From Azolla caroliniana (Eukaryota > Plantae > Polypodiophyta): 64,000 bases of DNA. Made by a program: the position numbers and the translations under genes. Below the pieces are notes generated by a model. The model was not told the DNA's origin. It ran no database searches and saw only the letters and a list, made by a program, of their open reading frames with translations. Below are positions 1-12,185 of the stretch, piece by piece. Every line of letters begins with the position of its first letter. Within the stretch, counting starts at the first letter, position 1. The stretch lies in NCBI GenBank assembly GCA_043228905.1, contig JBHGNT010000014.1, positions 2,046,001 to 2,110,000 on the forward strand, given 5' to 3'.

Positions 1-830
1 AGACGCATTTGAAATGAAGGACCTGGGGGACCTTCATTATTTTCTTGGGATCGAGGTGATCCGAACCCCCGACGACATATTGCTCTCACAATGACACTAT
101 GTTTTGAATATGTTGTACAAGTTCGGCATGACAGAATGCCGACCTGTCTCCACACCAGTAGACCGTAACCAGAAGCTCTGTCCCAACTTCGGACCACCCT
201 GCGATGAGAAACGGTTGCGACAAATCGTCGAAAGCCTCATATACCTAACAATCACTCGACCCGACCTCAGTTACCCGGTCGGAGTGATCAGCCAGTTCAT
301 GCAAAAGCCGACCGTTGAGCACCTTCAGTGCGCGCATCGAATACTCCAGTATGTGAGCGTCACGAAGGACCGTGAGGGAAAGCGAATGTTGGAAGAAGAG
401 CGTCGATTCGGACAAATCCGCATCCGACAAAACCGGTCGGGAGATTTGGCAAAGCTTGCACTACGTGGAAAGATCGAAAGGATCCGGAACCGGGAAAATC
501 GGTAAAGGGCTAGTCTTTGTGATGAAGCACAAGGCTAAGTCGATGAAGAAGACTACTTCTAGATCGGAGGAATTATGGTACATTGATTCCGGAGCGTCCA
601 ACCACATGATGAGCCATGAAGAGTGGTTCTCTTTTTTGGAGAAACCGGAACAACTGGGGATTGTCGAAACCAGAGACAACACCCCTCACCCGATTGTGCA
701 TGTCAGAGAAGTGCCTTTAAGCCATGTCAAACAAAAGTGGAAGCTGATGAACGTACTACACGTTCCGACTATCACAAAGAACTCGGTGTCCATTGGACAA
801 ATCGTCGACCAGGGGATGCAGGTGCGGTTT

Positions 831-1512
831 TGTTAGGAAACAGGTCCTCCAGATGGGAAGTGAGAAGTCCCGGTGAGAGCCTGATGATGAGTACCCGGCA
901 ACGGAAGACCTGGTGAGAACCGGATGACGAGTACCTGACAACGGAAGACCCGGTGAGAACCGGATGACGAGTACCCAGCAAGGAAGACCCGGTGAGAACC
1001 GGATGACGAGTGCCCGGCAAGAGCTGGATGATGCAAGCCCAATGAGGAGTGCTCAATGGATGAAGGGACATATTCGTAAATATGTTTCTGAGAATCCATT
1101 GGGGCTATATTTGTAAATAGCCGAAAAGTCATATTAGTATAAATATGACTTAGGGCAAACTTAGTGAGCTGCTGAAGTTGTCATTCTTGTTGGTGCAAGA
1201 TTTGAGTGCGTAACTGTGTACAGAGAGAGAGAGAGAGAGGATGAGGTTGTTGCCTCTGTTGTAACCACCACCTGTGGCGAAGATAGCAAGCTCGAGGTTG
1301 TTGCCTCGGTGCTTTTACTATTGTACATTGTGATATAGTGATAGTTTGCAGTCTGTGGGCTGCCGTGGTTTTTCCCTAGTTTGGGTTTTCCACGTTAACA
1401 TCCTGTGTACTCTTCTCTTCACTGTGTCGTGCATACATCACCCGTTTTCTGTGTTTGATCCTAGACTCGGTTGTGGCCGAGCGTTGTGTGTCGAGAGCAT
1501 GTAGGACTGTCA
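831..1512 (+). repeat. 5' LTR of copia B1 (682 bp)
   Basis: Starts TGTTAGGAAACAGG and ends CTGTCA, followed by the PBS; matches 5600-6088. Confidence 0.95.
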
Positions 1513-1515
1513 AAG

Positions 1516-1527
1516 TGGTATCAGAGC
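1516..1527 (+). promoter_or_regulatory. Primer-binding site (tRNA-iMet)
   Basis: TGGTATCAGAGC, 3 nt after the LTR end. Confidence 0.92.
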
Positions 1528-1530
1528 GAA

Positions 1531-4500
1531 ATGACACAGAAAATGGACGAATCGTTGGGAGGCATGTTCAAGCTCACCGGCTCCAATTACTCAGTGTGGA
1601 AGTCGAAGATGAGGGACATGCTCGTGGTTAAAGATCTTTGGTTGCCGGTTCAGTTCGGGGACAAGAGACTGGACAAAATCGATGCCACGATATGGGAGGT
1701 GATGCACATGAAGACAACGGCGTACATATGGTGCTTCATCGACATGAGCCTATACAACAACTTCAATGAAGAGAGCAAGGCTTATGAGCTCTGGGAGAAG
1801 ATCGGCATTATGTTTCAGAACAAAAATGTCGTTAATCAGGTTTCGGTATTTCGAAAGCTAGTAAGACTCTGGTACCAAGATGGCTCCAGTATGGCGGAGC
1901 ACATGAATAGCTTCCAGGGGCTGATCCACCAGGCAACATCATTGGAAGTACCTCTCGCCGATGAGGTACTAGCACTACGCCTGCTCAGTTCCCTCCCAAA
2001 TAGTTGGGAGACGTTGGTTGTCACTTTGGGCAACCCCAGGCCGGAAGGAAAACGGTTATCCCTAGCAAGAGTGAAATCGACCTTGCTAGATGAGGAGGCG
2101 CGTCGGAAAGATAAGGATACGAGCTCTGACTCCAAAGCGCTCCTTACCGAATCGGAACGCGGAAGACAAAGGAACCGTAGTCCCCAGAACCGGGAGAAGT
2201 CGGGGACACGGTCAAAGTCAAGGGGGAGGCCTACCTGCTTCTATTGCGGCAAGCCGGGACACTTCAAGAAGACTTGTCGGCATTTCCGAAAAGACAAGGA
2301 TATCGATGGTACCGATTCGAAGCGGACACCGGACCGGAATGGTAAAGACCGAAGGGGGCCGGACCGGAAGGGAACGATGGCAATCGCGGCAAGTGAAGAA
2401 GAGTTGATGCTCATCACCGAGGAGAGTGAGCTAAACATTGCCGTCGACGAGATGACCTGGGTGGTCGATTCCGGAGCGTCGTTCCACCTTACCCCGAACC
2501 GGAAATGCTTCTCATCCTACTCAGTCGGTGATCACGGCTGTGTCCGGATAGGGAATGAAGGTACATGCCGAATTGTCAGCATAGGAGATGTGTGGTTGAC
2601 AACACCAACCGGATGCAAGCTGCTGCTGAAGGATGTCCGACACGTTCCGGAGGTTCGACTGAACCTGATATCAGCCGGTCGGCTAGATGATGAAGGCTAC
2701 ACGGGTAGCATCCGGAACGGTGTTATGGAGTTTAGCAAAGGGAGCCTGATTGTGGCTCGGGCCCGGAAGGTCAACACGTTGTACCTGATGAATGCCCGAT
2801 TATGCCCGAAGGAAGTGAACGTGGCATCCGACACTACCGGTGAGCTGTGGCAGAAGAGGTTGTGTCACATGAGCGAGAAGGGGATGAAGAGGCTTGCAGA
2901 AGACAACCTCATTCCAGTGAAGAATGTGCACTTGGAGAAGTGCAGTAATTGTCTGGCCGGTAAGCAAAACCGGACCTCCTTCCGACCAAGGCCACCGATG
3001 AGACGTAATGCACCACTGGAGTTGGTGCATACTGATGTGTGTCAAATGGGCACGAAGTCACATGCAGGATCACAGTACTTCGTGATGTTCATAGATGACC
3101 ACAGCCAAAAGCTGTCGGTCACACCGTTGAAGGCGAAGGATCAGGTGCTATCCGTCTTCAAAGAGCTCCACGCGAGAGTGGAAAGAGAAACCGGCCGGAA
3201 GTTGAAGGCAGTTCGAGCAGATAATGGAGGAGAATACTAGGGGCAGTTCGAGGAGTACTGCCACTCGAAGGGAATCCGGCTTGAATTTACCGTGTCGAAG
3301 ACGCCAGAACTAAACGGGCTAGCCGAGAGGATGAACCGAACCATAATGGAGAGGGTCCGGAGTATGCTGGCGCATGCAAAACTACCCAAGAAGTTTTGGG
3401 CTGAGGCACTGTCAACGGCGACATATGTGATAAATAGATCACCCTCAGTACCCTTGGACGGAGACACGCCACAGAGAGTCTGGACCGGTAAGGAAGTGTC
3501 CTACCGGCATCTGAAGGTATTCGGGAGTCTTGCGTACGTGCATGTTGCTAAGGACCGGAGAGGAAAGTTGGATCCAAAGACCTAGCCATGCATATTCCTC
3601 GGTTACAACGACGATGAGTTCGGCTACCGAGTGTGGGACCTGGCCGACAAGAAGGTATTCCGAAGTCGAGATATTATCTTCATGGAGGACAAGACGCTCG
3701 CCGACTGGGAGTTTGAGAAGAAGATAATGAACTCCGAATCGACCGGTAAGGATCGATTCTACAATGAGCAAACCCAACCAACAAAAGACCGGTTAGAACT
3801 CGAGGAACCAGTTGGTTACGGTGAGGATACCGAACCGGCAGAAGAAGAAGTAGAGAAAGTTGAAATCAGAACCGGCCAAGACCCCGAACCGGATTCAGAT
3901 GAAGATAAAATAGTGGAGCCGGTTGACGAAGGTAAAAGACGGAGATATCCTCTCAGAGAGAGAAGGGCCCCCTGAAGATTTCCGGATGCAGAGCATGTGC
4001 TACTGACCGATGAGGGGGAGCCAGAAAGCTTCGAGGAAGCTAAAAGTGACACCCACAGCCACAAATGGCTAAGTGCCATGCAGGATGAGATGGATTCCCT
4101 ACATGAGAACCATACGTATGAATTGGTGGAGTTGCTGAAAGGAAAGAGGGCACTCCGAAACAAGTGGGTGTACAAGTTGAAACCGGGAGATGCCGGCAAC
4201 CCCCCGAGATATAAAGCTAGGATCGTGGTGAAGGGGTTCCAACAGAAGAAGGGCGTGGACTTCGACGAGATATTTGCCCCAGTAGTAAACATGACCTCCA
4301 TCCGGACGGTGCTGAGTATAGCGGCAAGCATGGACCTCGAGGTAGAGCAGCTGGACGTGAAGACGACATTCCTTCACGGTGACCTCGAAGAGGAGATCTA
4401 CAAGCAGCAACCGGAAGGATTCGTGGAGAAAGGGAAGGAGCACCTAGTTTGCCGGTTGAAGAAGAGCTTGTACGGACTGAAGCAGGCTCCCCGGCAATGG

Positions 4501-5589
4501 TACCGGAAGTTCGACTCCTTCATGACCGATCAAGGGTACCACAAGACACAGGCCGATCACTGCGTCTTTGTGAAGAAGTTTGAAGGAGGCGACTTCTTGA
4601 TACTCCTTCTGTACGTGGGCGACATGTTGATCGTCAGACAGGACCAAGCCAGAATACGGATGTTGAAGAAGGCTCTCAATCGAACCTTCTCAATGAAAGA
4701 CTTGGGTCCGGCAAGACATATGTTGGGGATGCACATCATCTGGGACCGGTCAAAGAAGCAATTGTGGTTGTCACAGGAAAAGTACATGACAAAGGTGCTT
4801 CAGTGGTTCAACATATCAAACGCGAAACCGGTCGGATCGACACTCCCGGCAAACTCCAGACTATCCGGTAAGCAAAGCCCGAAGACGAAAGCAGAGAAGG
4901 CGGATATGAAGAAGGTGTCATATGCCTCTGCCTTCGGGAGCTTAATGTACGCAATGGTGTGTACTCGACCGGATATTGGATACACAGTCGGAGTGGTGAG
5001 CCGGTTTATGAGCAATCCCGGCAAGGAGCACTGGAACGCGGTCAAGTGGATACTCCGATACCTGAAAGGCACTTCGAATATGTGCCTCTGATTCGGCCCC
5101 AGTAAACCTCAACTTGACGGTTTTACCGATTCAGATATGTCGATTGATGTGGATACTAGCTGGTCTACTTCCGGGTATGTAATGACATATGAAGGGGGAG
5201 CTGTTTCATGGCAGTTGAGGCTGCAGAAGACGGTTGCGTTGTCAACCACGGAGGCGGAGTACATGGTGGTTGTGGAAGCCGGCAAGGAAATATTATGGAT
5301 GAAGGACTTCATCGGTGAGCTCAATATCCGGCAAGATGAATATCGGCTCTATTGCGACAGTCAAAGTGCCATCCACCTTGCTAAGAACGCAACGTACCAT
5401 TCCAGGATGAAGCACATCCAACGTAGGTATCACTGGATCCGGGAGTGAGTAGAAGATCGAGAGTTCGCGCTGATGAAGATCCACACGACCAAGAATGGGT
5501 CAGATAAGCTGACCAAAGTGCTGATACCCGACAAGCTGGATGCATGTCGGAAGCGGATCGGACTGGTAAGACATCCCATGCCGGAGTGA
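1531..5589 (+). pseudogene. Copia gag-pol polyprotein of B1, interrupted by several in-frame stops
   Basis: ORFs 1471-3240, 3292-3585, 3631-3975, 3997-5091 and 5137-5448 share one frame. Motifs: zinc knuckle CFYCGKPGHFKKTC, WVVDSGAS, integrase, RT with YVDD mutated to YVGD, RNase H STTEAEY. Confidence 0.93.
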
Positions 5590-5599
5590 ACGGGGAGTT

Positions 5600-6088
5600 T
5601 GTTAGGAAACAGGTCCCTCCGGATGGGAAGTGAGAAGACCCGGTGAGAACTGGATGACGAGTACCCAGCAAGGAAGACCCGGTGAGAACCGGATGACGAG
5701 TGCCCGGAAAGAGCCGGATGATGCAGGCCCGGTGAGGAGTGCTCACCGGATGAAGGGACATATTCGTAAATATGTTTCTGAGAATCCATTGGGGCTATAT
5801 TTGTAAATAGCCGAAAAGTTATATTAGTATAAATATGACTATGATGCCTATGGCGAAGATAGCAAGCTCGAGGTTGTTGCCTCGGTGCTTTTACTATTGT
5901 ACATTGTGATATAGTGATAGTTTGCATTTTGTGGGCTGCCATGGTTTTTCCCTAGTTTGGGTTTTCCACATTAACATCCTGTGTACTCTTCTCTTCACTA
6001 TGTCATGTGTACATCACCCATTTTCTGTGTTTGATCCTAGACTCAGTTGTGGCCGAGCGTTGTGTGCCGGGAGCGTGTAGTCCTGTCA
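5600..6088 (+). repeat. 3' LTR of copia B1 (489 bp; fewer U3 repeats and an internal deletion near 5840)
   Basis: Alignable by eye to 831-1512; followed by TSD GGTTT. Confidence 0.95.
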
Positions 6089-8240
6089 GGTTTACGCACT
6101 AGGGTGCTTCATCGAGGAAGAGGGCCGGATAATTGCGCAAGGGCGCAAAGACGAGAGGATGTTCATCCTCAACACTAATGATGTTGGCACCGCTATGTTT
6201 ACGAAAGGGCAGAAGGTCGAATCATACATCGACCTATGGCACAAATGGATCGGCCACATCAAGTATCAGAGGCTTCAAGACCTTCAATCGAAACAAGTCG
6301 TTTTCGGTTTGCCGAATTTTAGCAGCCAGAAGGCCGAAATTTGTGAAGCCTGCCAACTCGGGAAGCAACACAGGCTTCCATTCCCCACCAATCGAAACCG
6401 GAGCCATAACAAGCTTGACCTAATCCATTCGGATGTATGGGGACTAACAAAAAACGTTAGTCTGGGCGGGAGTCGGTATTTCGTCTCCAACCTCCCGGTT
6501 TTCAGTCCAAGATGAACAAGTCGGCGGTGTGCGGGCTCAAGAAGTCGCTTTATGGTCTGAAACAAGCCCCCCGAGCTTGGAATGCGAAGATCACGCACCG
6601 GTTGTGTAAGATGGGGTTTGTGACCTCTAAATCCGACTCGTCGTTGTTCATCAGGCAAGGTTCGAACGGTCCGGTTTGCATCTTACTTTATGTTGATGAT
6701 TTAGTCATCACCGGACCCGAACTCAATGAAATCGGCCAAGTAAAGTCCCAGTTGTCAGATGCATTTGAAATGAAGGACCTGGGGGACCTTCATTATTTTC
6801 TTGGGATCGAGGTGATCCGAATCCCCGACGACATATTGCTCTCACAATGACACTATGTGTTGAATATGATGTACAGGTTCGATATGATGGAGTGTCGACC
6901 TGTCTCCACACCCTTGGACCGGAACTAGAAGCTCTATCCCAACTCTGGACCAGCCTGCGATGAGCAACGATTCCAACAAATCGTCGGAAGCCTGATATAC
7001 TTGACGATCACTCAACCCAACCTTAGTTACCCGGTCGGAGTGATCAGCCAGTGCATGCAGAAGCCGACCGTCTAGCACCTTCAATGCGCACACCAGATAC
7101 TTCGGTATGTGAGCGGCACGAAGGACCAAGGACTATTATACCGACATGGTATAACCGAAGGACTAGTCGGATATACAGATGCCGATTGGGCCAATGAGGC
7201 ATCGGATCACCGATCCACCTCTGGTTACATGTTTTCTCTAGGTAGCGCGGCTGTTGCATGGAGCAGAAAAAAGCAGCCAACAATGGCTCTGTCGAGCACT
7301 GAGGCTGAATACCGGGGCGCTACCAATGCCACCTGTGAAGCCATCTGGCTTCGGCGATTACTACAGGACTTGCGGAATGAGGTACCGACCCCGATCCTGA
7401 TCTATTGTGACAACATGAGCAGCATTCAGCTGGCCAAGAACCCCGTGTTCCATGCTCGGACACTATCACTTTGTGCATGAGCAGGTTTTGAGCGATGAAG
7501 TAGAACTTCGGTATGTTCAGACGGATCGGCAAATTGCCGATATCTTCACCAAACCGCTCGGATCGGACAAGTTGCAGCACTTCACCGAAATGCTTGGTGT
7601 TCAACATCTCGACATGCCGCACTTGAGGGGGAGAAAAGGAAAGGGAACGAATGGCACCGGACCAAGATCCGGAGAGGAAGAAAGAACCAACAAAGGGGGA
7701 GACAAGAGGAAAAAGGTAGTTGAGCCAATCGAAGGAGTTGGCACATCCGAAAAGGTCGGAACAAGCAGCAATGGCGGTAGAGTCAAGAAGGACAGAGCCG
7801 ACTAGACGAAAATGGCCAAGACTCGGACGTTGTCTGGTGTGTTGAAGGGCATGAAACCGGAAGATGAGTTGGAGAACACCGACTTGGACAAGAGTTGGAA
7901 CGAATCGAAGGAAACCGATTTGGTTCAAGATTCGGAGAAGCTAGATCAACTAAAGGCCAAGCGGACATGGACGCAGCGGAAGTCGATGCCAACACGAAGG
8001 AACCGACGGGTCGACAAGCCCCGGAGTCGCAACAGTGAGGGAGCTAAAATGGGCCTGTTGAGCAGATAAGCCGACCGAGGAGGTCAAGGTGCGCAGAACC
8101 AGGAAGGTCGCGGCAAACAAGACCGGACCGGACGAGGAACGGAAGTGAGGCGGAGCAACGCCAGATAGAGCCAGGTAGAAGAACCGGCTGCCACGAACAC
8201 TAACACTACGATCCGACCTCAAGTTGAGCTTGAGGGGGAG

Positions 8241-8663
8241 CATTGAGCGAAAAAGCTCAACCGGATCTGGATCGGCTGACTAAGCTTGAGCCAGATCGGC
8301 ATCCGGAAGGATGAGCCGTATTGGTATCCGGATGGTATCAGGAAACAACTGGCCGGATCGGGGAAACATAAGCCTAGTAGTAGCCTAGACTACTAGGTAA
8401 TCATTGTCTCGTAGTTAGTGTCAATCGCACGTGTGAGCATTGAAGTACCTGTCAGTACTTCTGTCAGTCCTTTATGGACTTGTATAAATAGTGTTGTTTA
8501 GCACATTGTATGTACAGGGTTTTAGAGTTAATTTTTGAATATAGTCTTATGTTCTACTCTCTTTATCTCCTCTGTGTTTTGAAGCTTTTCCATTAAACCT
8601 TCATCTCATTTTCTATTGCTATCCGGCTGAGCCAGTTCTCTCGGATGCTTCCGCACATTAACA
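8241..8663 (+). repeat. 3' LTR of copia lineage A
   Basis: Follows the PPT and ends CCGCACATTAACA. Nearly collinear with 31679-32118; the terminal TG reads CA in this copy. Confidence 0.85.
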
Positions 8664-10004
8664 TTCACATATTTCTATTTATGAGAGAAAGTGTAAGCTC
8701 GAGAGTGCTTGAGAATCACTTTTGCCTAGTTCGTTACTACCAATAGGGTATACGTCGGTCTAGATCCTAGATAGAATGATATTGATAGGAGGCATAACTC
8801 CATCGATTTATAGACGTGTTTCGGTGTGAGAACATCTATTTAGCGTTGCTACCGAGGATAAGACAAATGTTTGAAGCTATCTATGAGCTTTGCACAAGTT
8901 CACGAAGCAAGCTTTCCTAATGTTGGAAGATACCAAGAAGGTAAAGCATTTCGTATTTTTTTAGTGTGTTTAATTAAGCTAACCACTTTTAGCATTTTAG
9001 CATTTTAGCATTTTAGTATTTTAGCATTTTTGTATTTGTGTCATGTTTTGTTTTTACCCACTCTTAATTGCCAGTTGTTAGGTTGCTAACTATCCAATTT
9101 AATAAGTTTTTTGTTGTTTAATTACACCTTTAGCATATTTTTTCAAGTTTTCAATGACATGGATAGCGCTAATCAAAAGCACTAACCACTAAAAATTCAA
9201 AAAATTTCTTTCCTCGTCCTTTTTACCTTCATTGGCATTGTTCCAACTTTTGGTACCATAATTTAAAAGTTCTAACCAATGATTATATCAAGTCAAAGTG
9301 TTTGCCTCCTTGGAACATTAGCCTTGTTCAAGCATTTGCGTCCTCAAAGCATTCACCTTGCTCCAACATTCCCCTTCTTGGAACATTCACCTTGTTTGAA
9401 CGTTCACCTCCTCAAAACATTTTCCACCTTCAAGCATTCGCCTCCTTCGAACTGTTTGAAATTAAAGAATCTTTTGGATATACAAAATAATAAAATAGAT
9501 AAATACATAAATAAATAAAATAATGGCCGAACCAAACCAACATTGGGTGGTTTTTTTCAAACTGCGTGCCAGATTGCTTACTAATACAACTCAAACTAAA
9601 TCCAACACCGGAGCTAGTACATCAAAACCCACAATGTATTACGGAGGATGGTTGACACCATTGAGTGCTTCCAAGTATAGATCTTCATCAATGTACCCCC
9701 TAAGGTAACACCAAAGCAAAGGGGGTATTCCAATGGATCAATAGAGTCTTGACCATCCTTACCAAGAGACAGTCAAGAACTCAAGGTCATCAAGCAAGAA
9801 TTGGGTTGTGAACATCACAACCAGCGAACGGAGGCCAAACACAATTGACCATATGCAAGATATTGAAGTGGCATTTTCCGAACGAAGGATCGCTTATTCA
9901 AGAATACAACAAAGGCTCATGCTCCTTGAGGCAACTATACAAAGTCAACATGATCGGTCCTTATTCCAACATAGGTCAAAGTCCACCCCACTTTCAAGCA
10001 AAAC
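8664..10004 (+). mobile_element. Old degenerate retroelement, possibly an Athila-like LTR end, PBS and leader; continues at 13376-~15290
   Basis: ...GAGAACA at ~8834 is followed by TTTAGCGTTGCTACCGAGGA, resembling a deaminated TGGCGCCGYTGCCGGGGA PBS. (TTTTAGCA)n at ~8987-9030. No convincing ORF. Confidence 0.3.
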
Positions 10005-10106
10005 TGTTGAGCGAGCAAGCTCAACTTGGGTTGGATCGGCTGAAGAAGCCGAGAACCGGATTGGATTGGACCGATCGGTTATGCCCGAATCGGCTAAAGA
10101 AGCCAG

Positions 10107-10320
10107 TGTTGGGAAAAACCGAAACCAAAATCGATCATATAGCCGATTTGGGGGACTATATGTGTAAATAGTCTAAATATGTCATTGGTGGGTCATACAT
10201 GTAAATAGCCAGAAAGTTGTATATGTGTAAATACAACTAGAGCAAACTTTATGAATAGAGGGTGGAATCATTATTGTGGTATAGTGATATAGTTAGAGAA
10301 GAGGTAGTTGCCTCTATAAC

Positions 10321-10365
<45 letters not shown>

Positions 10366-10634
10366 AACTCTTTAGCCATTTGTCAGATGAAGGGGAACAC
10401 GAGGTCGCTGCCTCCGAGCTTCTTATTGTACTTCTCCTCTATCATAGTGATCCGTTTTGTAGTTTGTGGACTCCATGTGGTTTTTCCCGATTTGGGTTTT
10501 CCATGTTAAATCTTGTGTCTCTATATTTCATTTTCTGCCCCCTCTCGAGTATCTGTCTATGCACTATTCTATCTCGATTTCTGCACCCAACCAAAAGAAC
10601 GAGAAACCGGTTGTGACTGGTCACGATCCTCATA
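10107..10634 (+). repeat. Solo LTR nested in the 5' LTR of the 10005 element
   Basis: Starts TGTTGGG and ends CCTCATA. Flanks GCCAG/GCTGG form a degenerate TSD. Shares blocks with LTR 62642-63169 and is absent from the partner LTR 12996-13370. Confidence 0.8.
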
Positions 10635-12185
10635 GCTGGGAGCTAGATTAGATGAAGACCGATTGGCGAGTCCGGATCGGTGGGAGTCGGAAGGCCGTTA
10701 AGGAATATATTTGAGAGTTAGTGTAGGGGCTCATTTATGAGCATCCAAGTATTGATGGTACCTCCACCAGTCCTTTTAAGGACTTGTATAAAAAGTGTTA
10801 TGATGCACATTTGTATGTACAGAGTTTTGATAGAGTTTTTGAAATTGAGTTTATGTTCTCTCTCTTTGTCTCTCCCTTTGTACTGTGTATTCTCAAGCTT
10901 CCATTAAACCTTCGTTTTTGTTTTTCTGTTGCTATCTGCTTGAGCCGGTTGTGTCTACACGTCCGCACATAACTTTTACATGGCATCAGAGTGTGAGGGT
11001 TAGAACATCCTCTGCTACCAACAAGAGCTTTCGACACAAACCAAGACCTAACACCCGGTAAGAACAGACAAGAAGAGAATTGGACAAAGGAATGGCTAGC
11101 TCGCTTCCAACGGAGAAACTTGACAGAAGCAACAACACATCTTGGTTGTACAAGATGCACTAGTACCTGCTCGGACATGGATACTGGAGTTATGTCAACG
11201 GAGCTAATGATGCAGCACCGGATGAGACACACAGGGACTTTCCGGCTTGGGAACAAGTGGCAAGCAAGGTAATGTATTGCTTCGCGTCTAGTGTTGGTGA
11301 TCAACTACTCATTCACATCCAGGACGTGAAGAAGCCAAAGGAAGTGTGGACAAACCTGAAAAGGGTTTTCGCTGCAAGCAACACGACCCAAAAGTTGTAA
11401 CTTAGACAGGAGTTGAGCAATGTCCAGTAGAAAGACATGTCGGTGGCCGACTATACAGCCCAGATCAAGGAGATTTACGACTCTCTTGCCTCCATCAACG
11501 TGACCGTCGAGGAGGATGAAATGGTGTAGGTCTGCCTCGAGGGCTTGGCGTCGAAGTTCGGAGCATTCTGAATGGCGGTCTGCACAAGGGAGAATACGCC
11601 TTCGTTTTTTGACGTACAATCAATGCTCCTTGTAGCGGAGAACCATGCGGATGCGTCGACAAGTACACACACCAACAACAAGATGTTGTACACGAAGGAA
11701 GATAGGCTCCGTGGTCGTGGTGGGTGAAATGGGTCGGCACGCAATAGAGGTGGCCGACAGGAGCAAAACCGAAGGCATAATCGAAATGCCGACAACAATT
11801 ATGGACCCTCCGAAAATAATGGGAGTCAAGGCGGCGCCGAAAACTGGCAAGCAAAAGCCGAAATGGAATGTTGGTACTGTGGCTAGAAGGGCAATAAAGA
11901 GAGTGAATGCTAGAAGAAGCATTCCGATTCGGACAAACCTAGATCAAGCCGAGGTGACGTCGATAGGTGTCAAAGATTGCACTACGTCGAAGGCTCAGGA
12001 CGAGCCGGAAATGGATCAGGCCCAACCTTTGTGATGAAGCACAAGGTTAATTCGATGAAGACAAGCACCTTGAAACCGAACGAGGTATGGTATCTTGATT
12101 CCAGAGCATCGAACCATATGATGAGCCACGAGGAGTGGTTCTCGTATTTGGAGAAACCAGAACAACCGGAGGTTGTCGAAACTGG

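Larger units (their letters stand above)
831..6088 (+). mobile_element. Full-length Ty1/copia LTR retrotransposon (copy B1)
   Basis: TSD GGTTT at 826-830 and 6089-6093. LTRs 831-1512 and 5600-6088 (TG...CA). PBS TGGTATCAGAGC at 1516-1527. PPT at ~5586-5599. Domain order gag-PR-INT-RT-RH. Confidence 0.97.
1..8663 (+). mobile_element. Rearranged Ty1/copia element (lineage A), host of the 831-6088 insertion; runs off the window start
   Basis: RT end at 1-370 ([23 protein letters not shown]). Gag end and protease at 372-830 (WYIDSGASNHM), which read through the GGTTT TSD into 6094-6486 (LWHKWIGH...CEACQLGKQ). RT at 6487-7110 (LKKSLYGLKQAPRAW, LYVDD). RNase H to ~7630 (GYTDADWA, SSTEAEY, YCDN, ADIFTK). 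PPT TTGAGGGGGAG ends at 8240, then the 3' LTR. Many stops and frameshifts. Confidence 0.9.
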
